Shown here piece after piece: positions 1 through 9,990 of a DNA stretch of 64,000 nucleotides (its first letter is position 1; each line of letters starts with the position of its first letter). The stretch spans positions 5,504,001 to 5,568,000 of the forward strand of contig OZ242029.1 in NCBI GenBank assembly GCA_965205015.1, in the 5' to 3' direction. The position numbers and the translations under genes are program-made. The notes beneath the pieces were generated by a model. It saw only the letters and a program-made list of their open reading frames with translations, did not search any database and had not been told where the DNA came from. This DNA comes from Candidatus Poribacteria bacterium (GTDB lineage Bacteria > Poribacteria > WGA-4E > WGA-3G).

Positions 1-10
1 TGCTATGATG

Positions 11-1201
11 TTAGCGGCGTGGGAAGAACGTATCAATTCCCGCTTCAATGTCTTCAATCGGATGCCCATGTTGCTGCTGATAAGTTTCATGGGTGACGCG
101 CTCTGTTGCCGTTAGGTCGGTCAGAGGGAAAACGATGGCTTCTCTACTACGATTACCGGATTCGTTCATGGCAATGTTCATCTCTTGGTCCTGCCTGGCG
201 AGCACTGCGCCGTATTCTGGCTCGGTATCGTTAAGCACAGCCGTGGCGATGCTGAGGAGTTCATCTGCCACTGCCATTTGTCTTTCGGAAATGGCATAGT
301 CCTTGAGCGGGTTTTCCCATGTCACGGTCTGTTCAGGTAATTGCAACTCGATCTTCTCAATGACTTCGACTCCATCTACGTCAATTGTGGTTTGCTCGGG
401 GCGGTAAGCAATGCCCAAGGCGCCAGATTGTAGGTCCTCTGCGGGGGTTACGTAGATATCCCCACCGACAATGGTGCCTTTGCTGCCGTCGATCTGCGAG
501 ATTCCAGTTTGTCCGCGTCCCAAGGATCGGGCGTGGATAACGTTGGAATACACCATGAGGGCGGTCGCGTTGTTGTCGAATTCAATGAAGGCAAGGCTCC
601 AGTTGTCGCTTGTATGATGCCGTTTCATTCGGTCGATAATCGGAATTACAGGACTTGTTTGCGTGATACCGAGCATAGATTTCGGTTCACCCCCCGCACG
701 GAGGCGGAGCATGCTCATCCCATGATGACCGCCTTCATGGAAAATTCGGTAGATCCGAGCGACTTCGCCGATAACATCTGCTTCAATCACTTTCGACAAA
801 AACCGCTCACGCGGGACACGGTAATAGTTCTCAGCGATCTCAAGTTTGACATTATTCGCTTTGGCACGTTCAATCATCAGGTCCGCTGTAGGGAGTGTAA
901 CAGTAATAGGGGTTTCGCAAAGGATATGAACGCCGGCATCTGCCATAAAGCATGCAATCGCGTGATGTGCGAGTGCCGGAACAGTAATATCAACGACATC
1001 CAGTTCTTCATGGGCAACGAGATCCCGGACATTGGTGTACGGGGTCGCGCCATATTGTTTCGCGTAGTGCGTTGCCACTTCCTCGTCTATATCGCAAATT
1101 GCGACGAGATTGTAAATATCCTTGAGTTTCGCAATAACAGGCAGATGCGCACCACTGCCTCGCCTTCCTGCACCCACTAAAGCGATGTTGAGTTTGGACA
1201 T
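11..1201 (-). CDS. Gfo/Idh/MocA family oxidoreductase
   Basis: N-terminal Rossmann IALVGAGRRG; HILCETP resembles the family EKP motif; AENY motif. Confidence 0.85.
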   Translation of the reverse strand: MSKLNIALVGAGRRGSGAHLPVIAKLKDIYNLVAICDIDEEVATHYAKQYGATPYTNVRDLVAHEELDVVDITVPALAHHAIACFMADAGVHILCETPITVTLPTADLMIERAKANNVKLEIAENYYRVPRERFLSKVIEADVIGEVARIYRIFHEGGHHGMSMLRLRAGGEPKSMLGITQTSPVIPIIDRMKRHHTSDNWSLAFIEFDNNATALMVYSNVIHARSLGRGQTGISQIDGSKGTIVGGDIYVTPAEDLQSGALGIAYRPEQTTIDVDGVEVIEKIELQLPEQTVTWENPLKDYAISERQMAVADELLSIATAVLNDTEPEYGAVLARQDQEMNIAMNESGNRSREAIVFPLTDLTATERVTHETYQQQHGHPIEDIEAGIDTFFPRR

Positions 1202-1308
1202 AGGAATCTCCTTTTATTGGCTATCAGTCATCGATTGTCGGTATTTCGCTGTAATGAAGATAACAGTTCTACGGAAATGTGTCAACGGGAAACATTGGTT
1301 ATCTAAAT

Positions 1309-1431
1309 AAAGGTAGGCACAAGACCTGCCATAAGGGCAGGCACAAGACCTGTCATAAGGGCAGGCATAAGACCTGTCATAAGGGCAGGCATAAGACCTG
1401 TCATAAGGGCAGGCACAAGACCTGCCCCTAC
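1309..1431. repeat. Tandem array of five 24-bp REP-like palindromic units
   Basis: Unit AAGGGCAGGCA(C/T)AAGACCTG(T/C)CAT x5; each folds GGCAGG/CCTGYC; the last ends CCCCTAC (GTAG on the minus strand). Confidence 0.9.
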
Positions 1432-1479
1432 ATTGTTGTTCATAAAACAGCGGGATTTGCGGGAGTTCGATCAAAAATC

Positions 1480-2238
1480 ATGTTTGCCATCATCCTCAAA
1501 GAGCTCCATTGCTATTGTAATTCTACTAAATACCGACGTATTCAATTTCTGATTATATGTGCGCTCACCTTGCTGCTGTTTGTAGCCACAGTTGAATTCT
1601 ATGCCGACAGTCGGACGGGCAAATCGACTGACGTCGGGAAACAGACGTATATACTTTTTATCATCGCCCTTTTGATTGTGCAATTTTGGGTGCCAAGACA
1701 TGCTGTTGAGGTGTGGCATAGTGAAGGGGCGCCAAGGTCTTATCAACCACGCCTACAAGCATATGGACAGAATGGAGCACTCCTCGCGCTAACGCCATTG
1801 ACACATTGGAAAATCTTGGCGGGTAAACTCAGTGCTATTGTGATATGGGCACTGTGGAGTATTTGGCTCACTATTCCACTGTTGACCCTCTCAAACTACA
1901 TAGGCGGTTTGACAGCGGCGCAATTGGTGAGATGTGGGGCAGTATTATTGGTAAGTTGTATTTTTTACGCCCTTATCGGAATCAGTTTCGCGCTATGGAA
2001 TTCTCCCATTCGGGCACAGAGTATAAGTTACGGGCTTGTTTTGCTCACCGCTTTTCTCCCACTGGTTCCAGTCCGGCCATTTAACGCAATTCCGTTGTTC
2101 GCGGCGATGAGTCCACTATGCGCCCTATTGTCCATCTTCAAGGCGGATTCAACGGACTTGTGGGGGTGGAATATAGGGATGTTTTGTGCGTTATCGTTTC
2201 TAATTTTCTTTCTATTGGTTAAATGGATCGCCCGCTGA
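1480..2238 (+). CDS. Multi-TM membrane protein, ABC-2 permease-like
   Basis: Likely start MFAIILKEL at 1480 (the upstream ORF extension is translated repeat); motif LLALTPLTHWKILAGKL; about 6 TM segments. Confidence 0.65.
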   Translation: MFAIILKELHCYCNSTKYRRIQFLIICALTLLLFVATVEFYADSRTGKSTDVGKQTYILFIIALLIVQFWVPRHAVEVWHSEGAPRSYQPRLQAYGQNGALLALTPLTHWKILAGKLSAIVIWALWSIWLTIPLLTLSNYIGGLTAAQLVRCGAVLLVSCIFYALIGISFALWNSPIRAQSISYGLVLLTAFLPLVPVRPFNAIPLFAAMSPLCALLSIFKADSTDLWGWNIGMFCALSFLIFFLLVKWIAR

Positions 2239-2299
2239 TACTGGTGCGGGACCCTAAAACTGAAATACAAGTTTTTAAAGGGATTATAAGCCTTTTTCA

Positions 2300-4252
2300 A
2301 TGCATAAAACAAGCACACCAAAACACTCGACCCATTTGCAAGAAACACCGCAGCCTGCACACCCCGGTGTAACCTTCCGCGCGATTCTGATCGGCATCCT
2401 CCTCATACCGCCAAACACCTATTTTATCATGGCGAACCATCTCCGTTACTGGAGCACCTTACCCACAACGATGTCGCTGATTTACAACGTCGTGGTAACA
2501 TTGGTAGTGTTAACGTGCCTCAATTTCTTGCTGAAATTGTTGTTGCCCCGCTTCGCGCTCCGACAGGGAGAACTGCTCACTATCTACGTCATTCTCTCCA
2601 TTTCATCGGCGATCGCGGGACACGATATGATGCAGACCGTTGTGCCTGTCATTCCGAACGGTTTTTGGTTTGCGACACCCGAAAATGAATGGCAACAACT
2701 CTTCTGGCGGCATCTACCGAACTGGATGACACTCAGTGAGTTGTCCGTCTTGCAAGATTTCTACGATGGCGATACAACTTTTTATACACAAAGGTATCTG
2801 GTCGCGTGGTGGGAACCGATTTTATGGTGGACTATTTTTCTCTCCGTGCTGATTTGGGTGATGATTTGTATCGATCTGCTCCTGCGGAAGCAGTGGATTG
2901 AACGGGAGCGGCTCAGCTACCCGATCGTCCGTCTGCCGATAGAAATGACATACTCAGATGGACGACTCTTCAAAAACAGGATGTTATGGGTGGGCTTCGC
3001 GATTGCGGGAGGTATCGACTTAATCAACGGTATCCACGCCTTTTTTCCAACATTTCCAGAGATACCGGTCCGTAAGGCAGACCTCGGCATCTATTTCACT
3101 GAAAAACCGTGGGATGCAATGGGCTGGACGCCTGTCTATATCCTCTCATTCGGTGTAGGACTTGCTTTTTTAATGCCGCTGGAGATGTCGTTTTCGCTCT
3201 GGTTTTTCTATCTATTTTGGAAGGGGGAACGCATTTTGGGACGGGCGATGGGACTTCAAGTTTTACCGGGTTTCCCTTACGATGGACCGCAAGGCGTAGG
3301 CGCGTATTTGGCTATCGCCTGCTTTGGACTCTACGGTGGACGCAAACATTTTTACGCCATCTTCAGAAACCTGATGGGTCAAAAAGATACAAATCTTCCA
3401 CCGGAGATGCAAGATTCAACGAACTATCGATGGCCACTGGCGGGGTTAATCGGCGGGGTTCTCTTTCTCTTCATCTTTTCACACCGCGGCGGGATGGCGA
3501 TCTGGATGATAGCATTGTATTTCGCTATTTATTACTTGCTTGCATTGGGAATCACACGCGTCCGTGCTGAGGTTGGACCCCCGACGCATGAGATGTTCGT
3601 AGCGAACCCGCGACAATTTATCATAGATTCGTTGGGTTCGCGTATGATTCCGCCACCGAGTTTAACGATGATGTCGCTCTATTTCGCGTTCAATCGTGGA
3701 TACCGTGCGCATCCGATGCCGCATACACTGGAAGGTTTTAAACTCGCGGAAGTGTCGAATATGCGTGCAGGACGGATGGTCGTGGCTCTGATGTGCGGTG
3801 TCTTTTTCGGGATTCTCGCCTCGTTTTGGGCATACTTGGTGGTTTCCTACAAGATAGGTGCGAACCCCGGGTTGGGAAGCGGGGGTTACAATATGCTCCG
3901 CTCGTGGCTGTACTATCCGACGGAAACGAACATCCCCGCAGTGACGTTTATGGGGGTCGGATTCCTATTTACGGGACTTCTGTGGTGGATGCGTACCCGT
4001 TTTCCGATGTTCCCGTTTCATCCCACCGGTTATGCAGTGGCAAGTAGCATGTGGACCTTCGGTTGGCTTTGGTTTTCCGTGTTAATTAGTTGGGCGATCA
4101 AAAACCTCATTTTGCGGTTCGGTGGGATTCGGCTTTATCACCGCGTGCTACCGCTCTTTTTGGGACTCATCCTCGGGCAGTTCATTGTCGGCGGCACGTG
4201 GGTACTGATTCGGCTTATCTGGGGTGTGTCCGTTTATTCGTTTTATCGGTAA
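2300..4252 (+). CDS. Large polytopic membrane protein (DUF6785/DUF6784-like, putative transporter)
   Basis: 650 aa; GVTFRAILIG, QWIERERLSYPI, RVRAEVGPP, PFHPTGY motifs shared with paralog 20417..22378. Confidence 0.7.
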   Translation: MHKTSTPKHSTHLQETPQPAHPGVTFRAILIGILLIPPNTYFIMANHLRYWSTLPTTMSLIYNVVVTLVVLTCLNFLLKLLLPRFALRQGELLTIYVILSISSAIAGHDMMQTVVPVIPNGFWFATPENEWQQLFWRHLPNWMTLSELSVLQDFYDGDTTFYTQRYLVAWWEPILWWTIFLSVLIWVMICIDLLLRKQWIERERLSYPIVRLPIEMTYSDGRLFKNRMLWVGFAIAGGIDLINGIHAFFPTFPEIPVRKADLGIYFTEKPWDAMGWTPVYILSFGVGLAFLMPLEMSFSLWFFYLFWKGERILGRAMGLQVLPGFPYDGPQGVGAYLAIACFGLYGGRKHFYAIFRNLMGQKDTNLPPEMQDSTNYRWPLAGLIGGVLFLFIFSHRGGMAIWMIALYFAIYYLLALGITRVRAEVGPPTHEMFVANPRQFIIDSLGSRMIPPPSLTMMSLYFAFNRGYRAHPMPHTLEGFKLAEVSNMRAGRMVVALMCGVFFGILASFWAYLVVSYKIGANPGLGSGGYNMLRSWLYYPTETNIPAVTFMGVGFLFTGLLWWMRTRFPMFPFHPTGYAVASSMWTFGWLWFSVLISWAIKNLILRFGGIRLYHRVLPLFLGLILGQFIVGGTWVLIRLIWGVSVYSFYR

Positions 4253-4423
4253 ATTGTCTGAATCAAAATTTTCAGGATTTTGGGATTACCGGGATAAGCA
4301 AGGATTTGATGTGCCTCAAACGCGATTGCAGCGAATATCAAATGAAATTTACTATTTTTTGATTATGATTTCTTCTTGCACAAAGCCTGCGTTTGAAGGT
4401 ATACTATATGGCGGTGTTAACTG

Positions 4424-4651
4424 ATGGCGTATATTGATAAGGTTAAGGAAGAAATTGGCTGGTTAAAGGTGGTTTTTGCCATTTTGCTTGCGGCGGACCT
4501 TTCTCTTGTCGCATGGGGAGTTCAGAATTATGGAAAAGCCAGTCCACGTTTTCTTACAATTGGAGTAATTGCAGCATTCTTGGTTACATTGACAATTACT
4601 TGGGTTAACAAGGTTGCCTATCGTAAGATTAACAAATTGGAGGACTTATAA
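4424..4651 (+). CDS. Small two-TM hypothetical protein
   Basis: 75 aa ORF with two hydrophobic helices; TTGCAC-N18-TATACT upstream. Confidence 0.7.
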   Translation: MAYIDKVKEEIGWLKVVFAILLAADLSLVAWGVQNYGKASPRFLTIGVIAAFLVTLTITWVNKVAYRKINKLEDL

Positions 4652-4743
4652 TGGAATGGTTTGCAATTTCCATGCTGGTCATATTCCTCACGGGTCTCGG
4701 CATAGTCGCAGGAACTGCGATAAGAAACGCCTATAAAGACTAA
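4651..4743 (+). CDS. 30-aa single-TM peptide MEWFAISMLVIFLTGLGIVAGTAIRNAYKD
   Basis: ATG overlaps the upstream TAA (TAATG); GGAGGA RBS at about 4639; one hydrophobic helix; too short for the ORF track. Confidence 0.55.
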   Translation: MEWFAISMLVIFLTGLGIVAGTAIRNAYKD

Positions 4744-4897
4744 CTTCTGTGATTCGCGCTGCTCTGCTTTTCGTAGCACGAGCACTTCGTAGTGGAAAAT
4801 GGAGAACTGAATGTCCGTATCAAGCGAAAGGTTGCCCTTATAGAAGAAAAGAGCAGAGCACCCATCCCCAACAAGGTATTTAGCAAGGAGAACAGGC

Positions 4898-5100
4898 ATG
4901 GCGATGTCCGAAAAGGGTGGGCACCTCGGTTATGCCCTGACCCAAGAAAGCAGTCTTTATCCAGACACGGATGGTCAACCCATGGCAGCGCAGACCAAGA
5001 GGTCATCGCACGCCAACAGGCAGAAACCCGCGCAGAGGCGGCGGAAATGGAAGCTGCACGCCTGCGCGCTGAGCTAGACCGCTTGCGGGGAAATCACTAA
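4898..5100 (+). pseudogene. Internally deleted Uma2 (DUF820) endonuclease remnant
   Basis: AAGGAG RBS, then MAMSEK...LYPDTDGQPMAA (Uma2-type N-terminus) joined out of frame to ARQQAETRAEAAEMEAARLRAELDRLRG (Uma2-type coiled-coil tail); nuclease core absent. Confidence 0.7.
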
Positions 5101-5139
5101 GTCATCACACAACACAGTGTCACGATCAGGAGACGGTTC

Positions 5140-5937
5140 TCACAAGTACTCAGCAAATTCATCTCGGATCCGCACTTTATCACCATCATCTCCGAAACCG
5201 AGGCTAAACCACCCCTCATAACCGTGTCCATTCAACTGCGCAAATAGATCCCCAAAATCAATCGTCCCTTCCCCGGGAATGAGATGGATTTCATACGCAC
5301 CGGTATTGTCGTTGAGACGGACCTGACCGATGTTCTCCACACCGAAGGCATCCAAAAACCCTTGCCATCCCTCCGGAACGAGATGCCCGTGTGCGACATT
5401 AAACGCCCACTTGAGATACGGCGAACGAAGAGCATCGAAAAACCAGCGTGTCTCTTCAACATTATGGGGGATGTAATGGATTTCGGCGTGCTCCGGTTCC
5501 CGGTTGTGGTTCTCAAAGAAGATGACGATTCCTGCCTGTTCTGCTCGTTCGACCAATCGCTGGATACGTTCAATCGCAGCACTACGACGTTGCGCGACAT
5601 CTCCGAAATGATAACCACCGTGTCCGATGAGCCAGCCACACCCAAGCCGATGAGCCAGTTCTAAATTCGCAAAAAGGTAGTCATCGATCGCTTCAGACAT
5701 AATCGGCACGTACTCAGCATTGTTGATCGCCGACGAAGGGTGAATACCAATAGCGATTTCGTATGTTTCACAGAGATCTCGGACCCTGTGAACGCGCGTC
5801 GCATCAAACGAAGCGATGTCATTTGGCGGGACATCGGCTTGGAAGTCGATATATCCAAACCCATTTTCCGCCGCCCATTGGATCGATGCTTCGATCGGTC
5901 TGTTTTTTGGGGCATCAAAACCAAAACGTTCCTTCAT
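5140..5937 (-). CDS. Sugar phosphate isomerase/epimerase (AP endonuclease 2 TIM barrel)
   Basis: FENH, NVAHGH, LNDN...HLIPGEGTIDF motifs; likely start MKERF. Confidence 0.8.
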   Translation of the reverse strand: MKERFGFDAPKNRPIEASIQWAAENGFGYIDFQADVPPNDIASFDATRVHRVRDLCETYEIAIGIHPSSAINNAEYVPIMSEAIDDYLFANLELAHRLGCGWLIGHGGYHFGDVAQRRSAAIERIQRLVERAEQAGIVIFFENHNREPEHAEIHYIPHNVEETRWFFDALRSPYLKWAFNVAHGHLVPEGWQGFLDAFGVENIGQVRLNDNTGAYEIHLIPGEGTIDFGDLFAQLNGHGYEGWFSLGFGDDGDKVRIRDEFAEYL

Positions 5938-5938
5938 A

Positions 5939-7174
5939 TCATTCTCCAAATTCTCTGCCCTCCCGTTGGGCGGTCTCCCATTTTCGGTGTGTTGCAAAGA
6001 GTTTAACCTCAAAAGGGCGCATTCGCGTCACGAACGACCCATCGGATACAGTGGTTTTCTCGTCTCCGTAGAGTTCTACAAATTCGGTGCCGTTGAGGGC
6101 ATCCAACCCATTGACTTCCACCCCCATGTAGGAATGCTCATCTTCATTGACGAGCACAATGAGCCAGTCGCGTCCGATCCTACGAGCCGTGAGGCTCACA
6201 CCGCGCAGCGAAGTTGGGACAGATATATCGGTGCGTCCGTCATCAATCACTTGCACTGTGACATATCGCTCAATCGGCGCTGTGAGAAAAGATTGGAGCT
6301 CGGCGAGTTCGCTCGTCAAGGCGTAAAGCGATTTCCGAAAAGCCTCTTTTCCCTCGGATTTGAGATAACTGGATCCCCAATACAAAATGCCTCTCGCCCC
6401 ATGTGTAACGCAAGCATACGCCATCAGACGCGATTCAGCAAACGTGGGAAACGCGATGATGTCGGTGTCGCCATCATCCAAATCGTTCCATGTAAATCCC
6501 TGAAGCACCATCCATACAGGTCTCCCTTTGCCGACCTGTCCCCAACGGTCCGTGGAATCGGCAAGACGGATAGCCGGACGTCCGTCCGCCCGAACCGGAT
6601 AATCATCGCAACCCGTAATGTCTACAAAGTCAATGTACTGTCGGACAAATTTCAGATCGCTATCGCGCGCTTCATTTATCCAAATCTGTCGATTCTGTGA
6701 ATCAATACTGCGGATGAATTCAATGGCTTCGCGCATATTGGGCATAATCTCCGCCGCCTGTTCCTCAGAATACTGTATAGCAAGCGGTGTTTGCATCCAC
6801 CATTCACCTTTATTCGGGAACACCGCCAATTGATCCTGTTTCCAGAGACCACTATATGCGGTGAAGCTCCAGACCACCTCATCTGGACCTTCCCACACAG
6901 CAAGGGCGGGATGCTCCGCGAGGGAGCGGACCTGTTCCTGAAATTCGGGCGTTGCCCCCGATCGAAGCCCCAAGGGTACCCACCCCATCATTCCGTGTGC
7001 CTGTGCGCGATCCAGTGAATCCGTGTTCCCACATCGAATGAGATTGACACCCGCGTCCGCCATATCTCTGAGTGCGTCATCGTCAGCAGGATGTTCATAA
7101 AACCCGATCGGAAAGAGCCGTCGTCCATCCTGAGTGAGAAACCCATCGCCATGTCCATAGAGAATATCGCTCAT
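5939..7174 (-). CDS. Hypothetical glycoside-hydrolase-like TIM-barrel protein
   Basis: HPALAVWEGPDE, DITGCDDYP, PVWMVLQGF, HGARGILYW motifs. Confidence 0.55.
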   Translation of the reverse strand: MSDILYGHGDGFLTQDGRRLFPIGFYEHPADDDALRDMADAGVNLIRCGNTDSLDRAQAHGMMGWVPLGLRSGATPEFQEQVRSLAEHPALAVWEGPDEVVWSFTAYSGLWKQDQLAVFPNKGEWWMQTPLAIQYSEEQAAEIMPNMREAIEFIRSIDSQNRQIWINEARDSDLKFVRQYIDFVDITGCDDYPVRADGRPAIRLADSTDRWGQVGKGRPVWMVLQGFTWNDLDDGDTDIIAFPTFAESRLMAYACVTHGARGILYWGSSYLKSEGKEAFRKSLYALTSELAELQSFLTAPIERYVTVQVIDDGRTDISVPTSLRGVSLTARRIGRDWLIVLVNEDEHSYMGVEVNGLDALNGTEFVELYGDEKTTVSDGSFVTRMRPFEVKLFATHRKWETAQREGREFGE

Positions 7175-7198
7175 TCGGAACCTCCATCTCGTATATCC

Positions 7199-8578
7199 TT
7201 ATGCTAATAGGTGGTTTTCCCACCATGCGACGTAATCCACATCGCTTATATCGTGTGAGAGTCCTCGTTTTTCCATGTCCTGCCTGAATCTTTCTGCCAT
7301 ATTTTCGTCCCAATACGTGGTGACCTCTGAAGATTCAGGTATGTCTCCCATATCCCCCGTCTCCATCATCCACTTGTCGAGCCGCGCGGCGAGTTTGTTT
7401 CGCACGGCGTTATAGTCTGGATCCGCGGCGAGGTTATTAATTTCATAGGGGTCCGTTTCCAAATCATACAATTCTTCGGGGGACCGCGTCTGTTTCATAA
7501 AATGCTGTTGCGCATCGGATAACTTACCTTTTGCGGATAACAACGGCATCAAGGTCCAGAGTGGATACTGCTGTTTCTTGTAACCGTTGAATTGCATATA
7601 GGGACGCTCAGGGTGATAATTGCGAATGAGTTTATAGCGGTGCGTTCGGATACATCGAATTCTGTCATCCGTCCCGTCACACCGATCCCTCGCTGCGAAG
7701 ATTGCGTCGCGCGATGTTGCATCGACTCCGAGGAAAATTTGTCCTTGCATGAAGTCAGGAATGTCAACGCCCGCGAGGGATAACGTTGTCGGTGCGAAAT
7801 CAACACCACTGATGAGTTTGTCATCAACAGTCCCCGACGCAACACGTCCGGGCCATCGAACGATGAGCGGAATATGGATACCACCGTCATAGAGGAACTG
7901 CTTGCAACGGATATGTGCGCGGCCGTGATCGCTCATAAAGAAGATGATCGTGTTGTCCGAGAGGCCTTCATCATCCAACCGTCTGAGAATCTGTCCGACC
8001 TTTTTATCTAAAATCTGGATGCTCTCAAGATAGAGTGCCCAATCCTTTCGGACAAGCGGATGGTCAGGATAGTAAGGTGGTAACTCGACCTCCTCCGGGG
8101 AAATCGGACGTTCTCGATCCGGTTTGAAGACGCGATGTGTATCAGGGATGTTAATCTGTGCGTAAAAGGGTTGTCCTTCGGCGCGTTCGGTCCAGTCAAT
8201 GCCGTCAAAGGGGTGTTCCTGCTGAAAGTTGAAATCGGTTTTTCCGGGACGATCATAAGGGGGTCCTGGACTGTTGCAAGTAAAATAGCCTGCTTCTCGG
8301 AAACAATCGGTGATAAGGTTCATATCCGCCCGTAACGGCTTATTACGATTGCTGCGATGGTTGTGCGCGTCAAAGTGTGTCTGATAGGTCCCTGTGATCA
8401 GCGCAGAGCGACTTGGTGAACAGACTGGACATGTGACGAAAGCATTCGTATAGCGAACACCTTCGGATGCGAATCGATCAATATTTGGTGTTGCAACCGC
8501 AGGTGTGCCGTAACAGCCGAGGTCTGGCGAGAGGTCTTCGCCATAAATCCAGAGGACATTCGGTTGTGTTGTGGGCAT
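7199..8578 (-). CDS. Sulfatase (Cys-type, formylglycine-dependent)
   Basis: PNVLWI, CSPSRSALITG (CxPxR), SDHG, EELYDLETDPYE. Confidence 0.92.
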   Translation of the reverse strand: MPTTQPNVLWIYGEDLSPDLGCYGTPAVATPNIDRFASEGVRYTNAFVTCPVCSPSRSALITGTYQTHFDAHNHRSNRNKPLRADMNLITDCFREAGYFTCNSPGPPYDRPGKTDFNFQQEHPFDGIDWTERAEGQPFYAQINIPDTHRVFKPDRERPISPEEVELPPYYPDHPLVRKDWALYLESIQILDKKVGQILRRLDDEGLSDNTIIFFMSDHGRAHIRCKQFLYDGGIHIPLIVRWPGRVASGTVDDKLISGVDFAPTTLSLAGVDIPDFMQGQIFLGVDATSRDAIFAARDRCDGTDDRIRCIRTHRYKLIRNYHPERPYMQFNGYKKQQYPLWTLMPLLSAKGKLSDAQQHFMKQTRSPEELYDLETDPYEINNLAADPDYNAVRNKLAARLDKWMMETGDMGDIPESSEVTTYWDENMAERFRQDMEKRGLSHDISDVDYVAWWENHLLA

Positions 8579-8610
8579 GATTACCTCATTTTTATATCAG
8601 CGCGTACGTA

Positions 8611-9072
8611 TCAAAACAGTTTTAGAAGAGCAATAAGAACACCCATGGCGGCTAATCCAACACCCAGCACCCATTTGAAGGTTCCAATCTCGCTTTCGAT
8701 CCGGTCAAGGCGACTCTCGACACCGCCAAGACGATTTTCGACGTTGTCAAGGCGTTGTTCAAGAGGTTTGATATCCGCCTTATCGGCTTTCTCATCAAGC
8801 TTCGCCTCCAAGACTTTCAGGTCCGCCTTATCGGCTTTCTCATCAAGCTTCGCCTCCAAGACTTTCAGGTCCGCCTTATCGGCTTTCTCATCAAGCTTCA
8901 CCTCCAAGACTTTCAGGTCCGCCTTATCGGCTTTCTCATCAAGCTTCGCCTCCAAGACTTTCAGATCCGCCTTATCGGCTTTCTCATCGACCTTCGCCTC
9001 TAATCGATCCAAGCGGATGTGGATCTGTTTTAGGGTATGAATGAGGAGTTCATTGAAATTATTCTCAGCCAC
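8611..9072 (-). CDS. Coiled-coil repeat protein with C-terminal TM anchor
   Basis: GTG start after AAGGAA; 16-aa repeat KADKADLKVLEAKLDE; ends KWVLGVGLAAMGVLIALLKLF. Confidence 0.75.
   Translation of the reverse strand: MAENNFNELLIHTLKQIHIRLDRLEAKVDEKADKADLKVLEAKLDEKADKADLKVLEVKLDEKADKADLKVLEAKLDEKADKADLKVLEAKLDEKADKADIKPLEQRLDNVENRLGGVESRLDRIESEIGTFKWVLGVGLAAMGVLIALLKLF
8775..9000. repeat. Coding tandem repeat, 48-bp unit, about 4.5 copies
   Basis: TCCGCCTTATCGGCTTTCTCATCAAGCTTCGCCTCCAAGACTTTCAGG repeated nearly perfectly. Confidence 0.9.
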
Positions 9073-9091
9073 TGGTTTTTCCTTTGCTTTA

Positions 9092-9961
9092 CTATGGTGC
9101 GCCGTTAACGTTATCCACCACGTACCGATTCCGGAACAGTGTCCGTCGCAGCGGTGGCATTTCAGCAAGGAGTTTCGGATGGGGTTGGTAAACCTTCGCG
9201 AAACCGCTATCGACAGGACTATACAGATTAAAAACGGCGATCCTGTCGTTTTCAGTATTCGTCCACTCAGTGGCACTATGGGTCAGTGCTTCTGTGAAAA
9301 AGAGGAGTGAACCTCCCGGACAGCCGTAAGTCGTCCAAATATCGGAATCAGGATTTTGGATATCCGGCGGTGCTGTATAAACCGATTTGTGGCTACCGGT
9401 CACCAAAAGCGTTCCCCCCTGTCCTTTCTTCACCTCGTTTAACTCCCATACAATACGGGTGTGCGGACTGTAGCCTTTGCCGGGGAAAGCGTTATAGTAG
9501 TGGACATCGCCGGGAAAACGGAGTAAGCCGTTGCCGTTGTGCGGTCCAAACCGTCCCATGCCGGGCGCGCGATAAAAAAGACTTGCACTTTCAACGGAGA
9601 AACCGTAGCACTCCGGACTTGTTACAGCTGGATGCGCCGTGAATTCGTTGAGCAGTGATACAACCAGCGGATGATCGATGAGTTTCTGGAGCGGACCCCC
9701 GACGGGACTCCGTTCATGCTCTGGAATAGATTCCGGGTCGTGGTGGAGGCGGTAGCCGAAATCGCGCATCTCTTTGAGTTCCGATCCGGTAAATACCTCC
9801 GGGACCAGAAACCAACCGTGCGTATCAAAGGCATATCGCTGTTCCGGAGTCAGCTCAGGAACCGCTAAACCGTCGGCGTTTCGGGTCGGAAATTCATAAG
9901 TATCCGGTGGCAATAATGCGCCGAGCCAAGGTTGCTGATTTTTGTCTGTCTGTTTTTCCAT
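9092..9961 (-). CDS. PhyH-like Fe(II)/2OG oxygenase (HxG variant)
   Basis: FDTHGWFLVPEV, PHNG, GSHKS, FTEALTHS. Confidence 0.8.
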   Translation of the reverse strand: MEKQTDKNQQPWLGALLPPDTYEFPTRNADGLAVPELTPEQRYAFDTHGWFLVPEVFTGSELKEMRDFGYRLHHDPESIPEHERSPVGGPLQKLIDHPLVVSLLNEFTAHPAVTSPECYGFSVESASLFYRAPGMGRFGPHNGNGLLRFPGDVHYYNAFPGKGYSPHTRIVWELNEVKKGQGGTLLVTGSHKSVYTAPPDIQNPDSDIWTTYGCPGGSLLFFTEALTHSATEWTNTENDRIAVFNLYSPVDSGFAKVYQPHPKLLAEMPPLRRTLFRNRYVVDNVNGAP

Positions 9962-9990
9962 CAGATTTCCCTCCTCATGGCTTTAGGTGA

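Noticed and set aside
1309-1431. Possible CRISPR array, or KGRHKTCH/CPYDRSYA repeat peptides
   Set aside because: Units are contiguous with no unique spacers and no cas genes; the peptides are translations of a REP tandem
2236-2250. TGA-TAC-TGG-TGC (apparent UxxC) at the end of the permease gene
   Set aside because: It follows a terminal TM helix, read-through adds only about 15 residues with no domain, and no SECIS-like hairpin is evident
4792-5100. 102-aa ORF as a real gene
   Set aside because: Better explained as a chance frame running into the tail of a deleted Uma2 pseudogene
5816-6700. Long alternative-frame ORFs (5816..6700, 509..1180, 36913..37590, 45906..46568 and similar)
   Set aside because: Antisense to well-supported genes and without recognisable motifs
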